Positions 60,516-64,000 of a DNA stretch of 64,000 nt are shown here, piece after piece (position 1 is the first letter of the stretch; each line of letters opens with the position of its first letter). Location: assembly GCF_009914755.1 (NCBI RefSeq), contig NC_060937.1; one strand, written 5' to 3'. The translations under genes and the position numbers were made by a program. The DNA is from the human T2T-CHM13v2.0 reference genome, Homo sapiens. The notes under the pieces were generated by a model. The model saw only the letters and a list, made by a program, of their open reading frames with translations, was not told the origin of the DNA and did not search any database.

Positions 60516-62374
60516 TCAACATCTCTTTTTCTCCCTCACTAGAAGTGAAACTTAATATGTAGAAGATTTGGTCTGTTTTCTTCACCAGTCTATCCCAATT
60601 TTCTAGGACCATGCCTGGCACATAGAGGTGCTCAATAAACATTTATTGAATGCATGCCAAATAACCTAATATTGACAAGCTAACATGTCCCAGGTACTGT
60701 TAGGCTTAAGTGGCATAACAATGAATAAGACATTATCCCTGGTCTTTTGTCTTTGGTATCTTATACAGAAGAGCAGCCTTGAGCTCCTGGAGAAATGTAA
60801 TAAAAATTTCAGGCCCTACAGGCTACTGAAACCTTTTATAAGGTCCAGGGAAGCTAACCATGATACAGTGCATGGGACAGTCCCATACAACAAAGAATTT
60901 TTCTGCCCCAATTAGAACATTGTCCCTGAGAGAAACACTGGCTGAGCCATTGAGGGTTCACTTGCAGAGTTGGGAATACCACCACTGGGCACAGACCATA
61001 TGGAGGGGAATTGGGGAAGGGAATTTCACAAATGAAATTTAGGGTACTCTTAGCAGAGAACAGTCAGATACTTGGAAAAAACAATGCATGTCTTTTACAG
61101 TGGGGTAACTGTATCAATGGGAAGTTACTGAGGACTTTCTTTGAATATGGAGCTTAAATGGTTGCATGGAAAAATATTTATTTAGACCATATTTGTTGTA
61201 CTATATTACTAATTAATGTATTAATTGTGATTCAATATAATTGCTATTAATAATAACATAAATTTCTGGACTATACTTGGCACTATTATAGAGGACTTTT
61301 TTCTTCCTTTTTATAGGGTTTAGTTATGTTTTAATGTAAACTTAAAAAAAAGTAAAAGTCTGTCATACCTGCTACGAAGTTCACAAATCATAAGTATGCA
61401 ATTCAATACATTTTTTTAAATTTTTAATTGACAGAAAAATTATATGCATTTACTGAGCAAAATATGATATTTTTGGGTATATACACATTGTAAAATGACT
61501 AAGTAGCTAATTAACATATCCATTATCTTACATAGCTATTAGTTTATATCCACTCTTCTAGTATTTTTCAATAATACAATATATAATTAACTGTAGTCAC
61601 CATGCTATATAGTAGATCTCTTGAAGTTATTCCTCCTAACTCACTGAAATTTTATATCCTTTTACCAGCATCTCTCCTCCTTCCCTAACCTCCCCAGCCC
61701 CTGGTAAACACCATTCCCTGCTCTCTAGTTCTGTGAGATCAACATTTTTGGTTCCACATGTAAGTGAGATCGTGCAGTATTTGTATTTCTGTGCTTGGCT
61801 TATTTTACTTAATGTCCTCCAAATTCATCCATGCTATAGCAAATGGCAAGGTTTCCATATATTTTATGGTTGACTAGTGTTCCACTGTGTATATATACCA
61901 CATTTTCTTTGTCCATTTGTCCACTGATGGACACTTAATTGACTCCATATTGTGACTTTTGTGAGTAATGCTGCAATAAATATGTATACTGATTTAATTC
62001 TCTTTGGATATATACCTACAAAGTAGTGGGATTCCTGAATCATATGGTAATTCCATTAAGTTTTTTTCATAATGGATGTATTAATTACATTCCCATCAAA
62101 AGTATATAAGGGTTTATTTTTTCCCACATCCTTGCTACTACTTTTGTCTTGCTAGTTTCTTTTGTCTTTTTGATAACAGTCATTATCTTGTTAGGACTTT
62201 TGCTAGTATTATTATCTTGATAGTACTTTTGTCTTGCTAGTATCTTTTGTCATTTTGATAATATAATACTCATTCTAACTGGAGTAAAAAGATATCTTAT
62301 TATGGCTTTGATTTAAATTTCCCTGATTAGTGACATTCAGCATATTTAATATGGTTCTTGGGTATTTCAACGTC

Positions 62375-62668
<294 letters not shown>

Positions 62669-63463
62669 TGAATGTCTTCTTTTGATATATGTCTATTTAG
62701 ATCCTTTGCCCATTTTTTAAGCAGATTGTTTTCTTATTATTCAGTTGTTTGGGTTCCTTATACATTTTGGATACTAATCCCTTGTCAGATGTATGGTTTG
62801 CAAATACTTTCTCCCCTTCTGTGTCCTGTCTCTTCACTTGATTGTTTTCTTTGCTGTGCAGAAGATTTTTAGTTTGGTGTAATCCCATTGATCTATTCTT
62901 GCTTTTGTTGTCTGTGCTTTTGGGGTCATATTTAAAAAGTCATTGCCCAGACCAGTGTCATAGAACTTTTCTCCTAATATTCTTCTAATAGTTTCATGTC
63001 TTCCAATGAAGTCTTCAATCCATTTTGAGTTGATCTTTATATATAGTATGCGATAAGGGTCTAATATCATTTTTCTATATGTAGTTGTTTTTTATTTCAG
63101 CAGCATTTATTAAGGAGACTTTCCTTTTCCCATTGTGTGTTCTTAGAACCTTTGTTGAAAGTCAGTCAACTGTAAATGTAAGGATTTATTCCTGGGTTCT
63201 CTCTTCTGTTCCATTGGTCTGTGTCTGTTTTTATGCCAATACCATGCCGTTTTTGTTCTTGTAGCTTTGTAGTATATTTTCAAGTCAGGTATTAAGATGC
63301 CTCCAGCTTTATTTATTTATTTTTTTTGCTCAACATTTCTTTGGTTATTCAGGTTTTTTTGTAGGTTCCACATAAATTTTAGGATTTTTTTTTTCTATTT
63401 TTGTGAAGAATGGCATTGATATTTTGATAGGGATTGCATTGAATTTGTAATTGTTTTGGGGAG

Positions 63464-63911
63464 TGTTTTAGTCCATTTTGTATTGCTCCAACAGAATACC
63501 AGAGACTGAGTAATTTACAAAGAAAATAGGTTTCTTTACCTCATGCTTCTGCAGACAGGGAAGTTCAAGGTTGGGCAACTGCATGTAGCAAAGGCTTCAA
63601 ACTGCATCATTACAAGATGGATGGCATCACGTGGCAGGAGCATATGCAAGAGCAACTGGAAGCATGCCAAGATGAGACCAAATCCAACAGGTGGCTTCAC
63701 TTTATAACCACTTACTCTTGTGATAATTTATCTAGTCTTGCAAGAGTGATAACTCATAGTTTCCTGAGAGATGGCATTACTCCCTTAATGAGGGTGGATC
63801 CCTAATGATGCAAAGGCCTATTAAGGTCCCACTTCCTCTCAGTACTGTTACAGTGGGAACCAAGCTTCAATATGTATTTTGGTGGGGACAAATTATGTTT
63901 AAACAATAGCA
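63464..63911 (-). mobile_element. MST (C/D-like) solo LTR inside the L1MA
   Basis: tgttttagtccattttgtattgc...aacagaataccagagactgagtaattta...ggggacaaattatgtttaaacaatagca. Confidence 0.85.
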
Positions 63912-64000
63912 AGTTGTATGGACAATGTAACAATATTAATTTTTCTAAGCTATGAACACAGGATATCGTTTCATTTGTTTGTACTATCTTCAATTTCTTT

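Overview
This is primate (human-like) nuclear DNA, not microbial. It is AT-rich and CpG-poor, with no CpG island, and it is dense in Alu, L1, L2, MIR, CR1/L3, MaLR/ERVL LTR and hAT DNA-transposon remnants. I could not support any intact protein-coding gene, RNA gene or host-gene exon, and almost all listed ORFs are repeat-derived or spurious. The one recognisable gene-derived feature is a near full-length, intronless, disabled retrocopy of AMMECR1L on the + strand (~49441-55554; CDS remnant 49707-50586). Its long 3'UTR-like part carries two Alus and a twin-primed, 5'-inverted L1PA. It ends in two consecutive AATAAA + A-tract termini. Other notable structures are a 23-bp template-switch hairpin inside an AluJ, a 162-bp tandem duplication, an L1PA 5'UTR whose antisense promoter faces the window, a palindromic MER53 (miR-1302-type) element and several candidate non-coding regulatory blocks. 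Repeat subfamily calls come from remembered consensus motifs, not from a RepeatMasker run, and the boundaries of old elements are approximate. I found no convincing evidence of a wholly new biological system.
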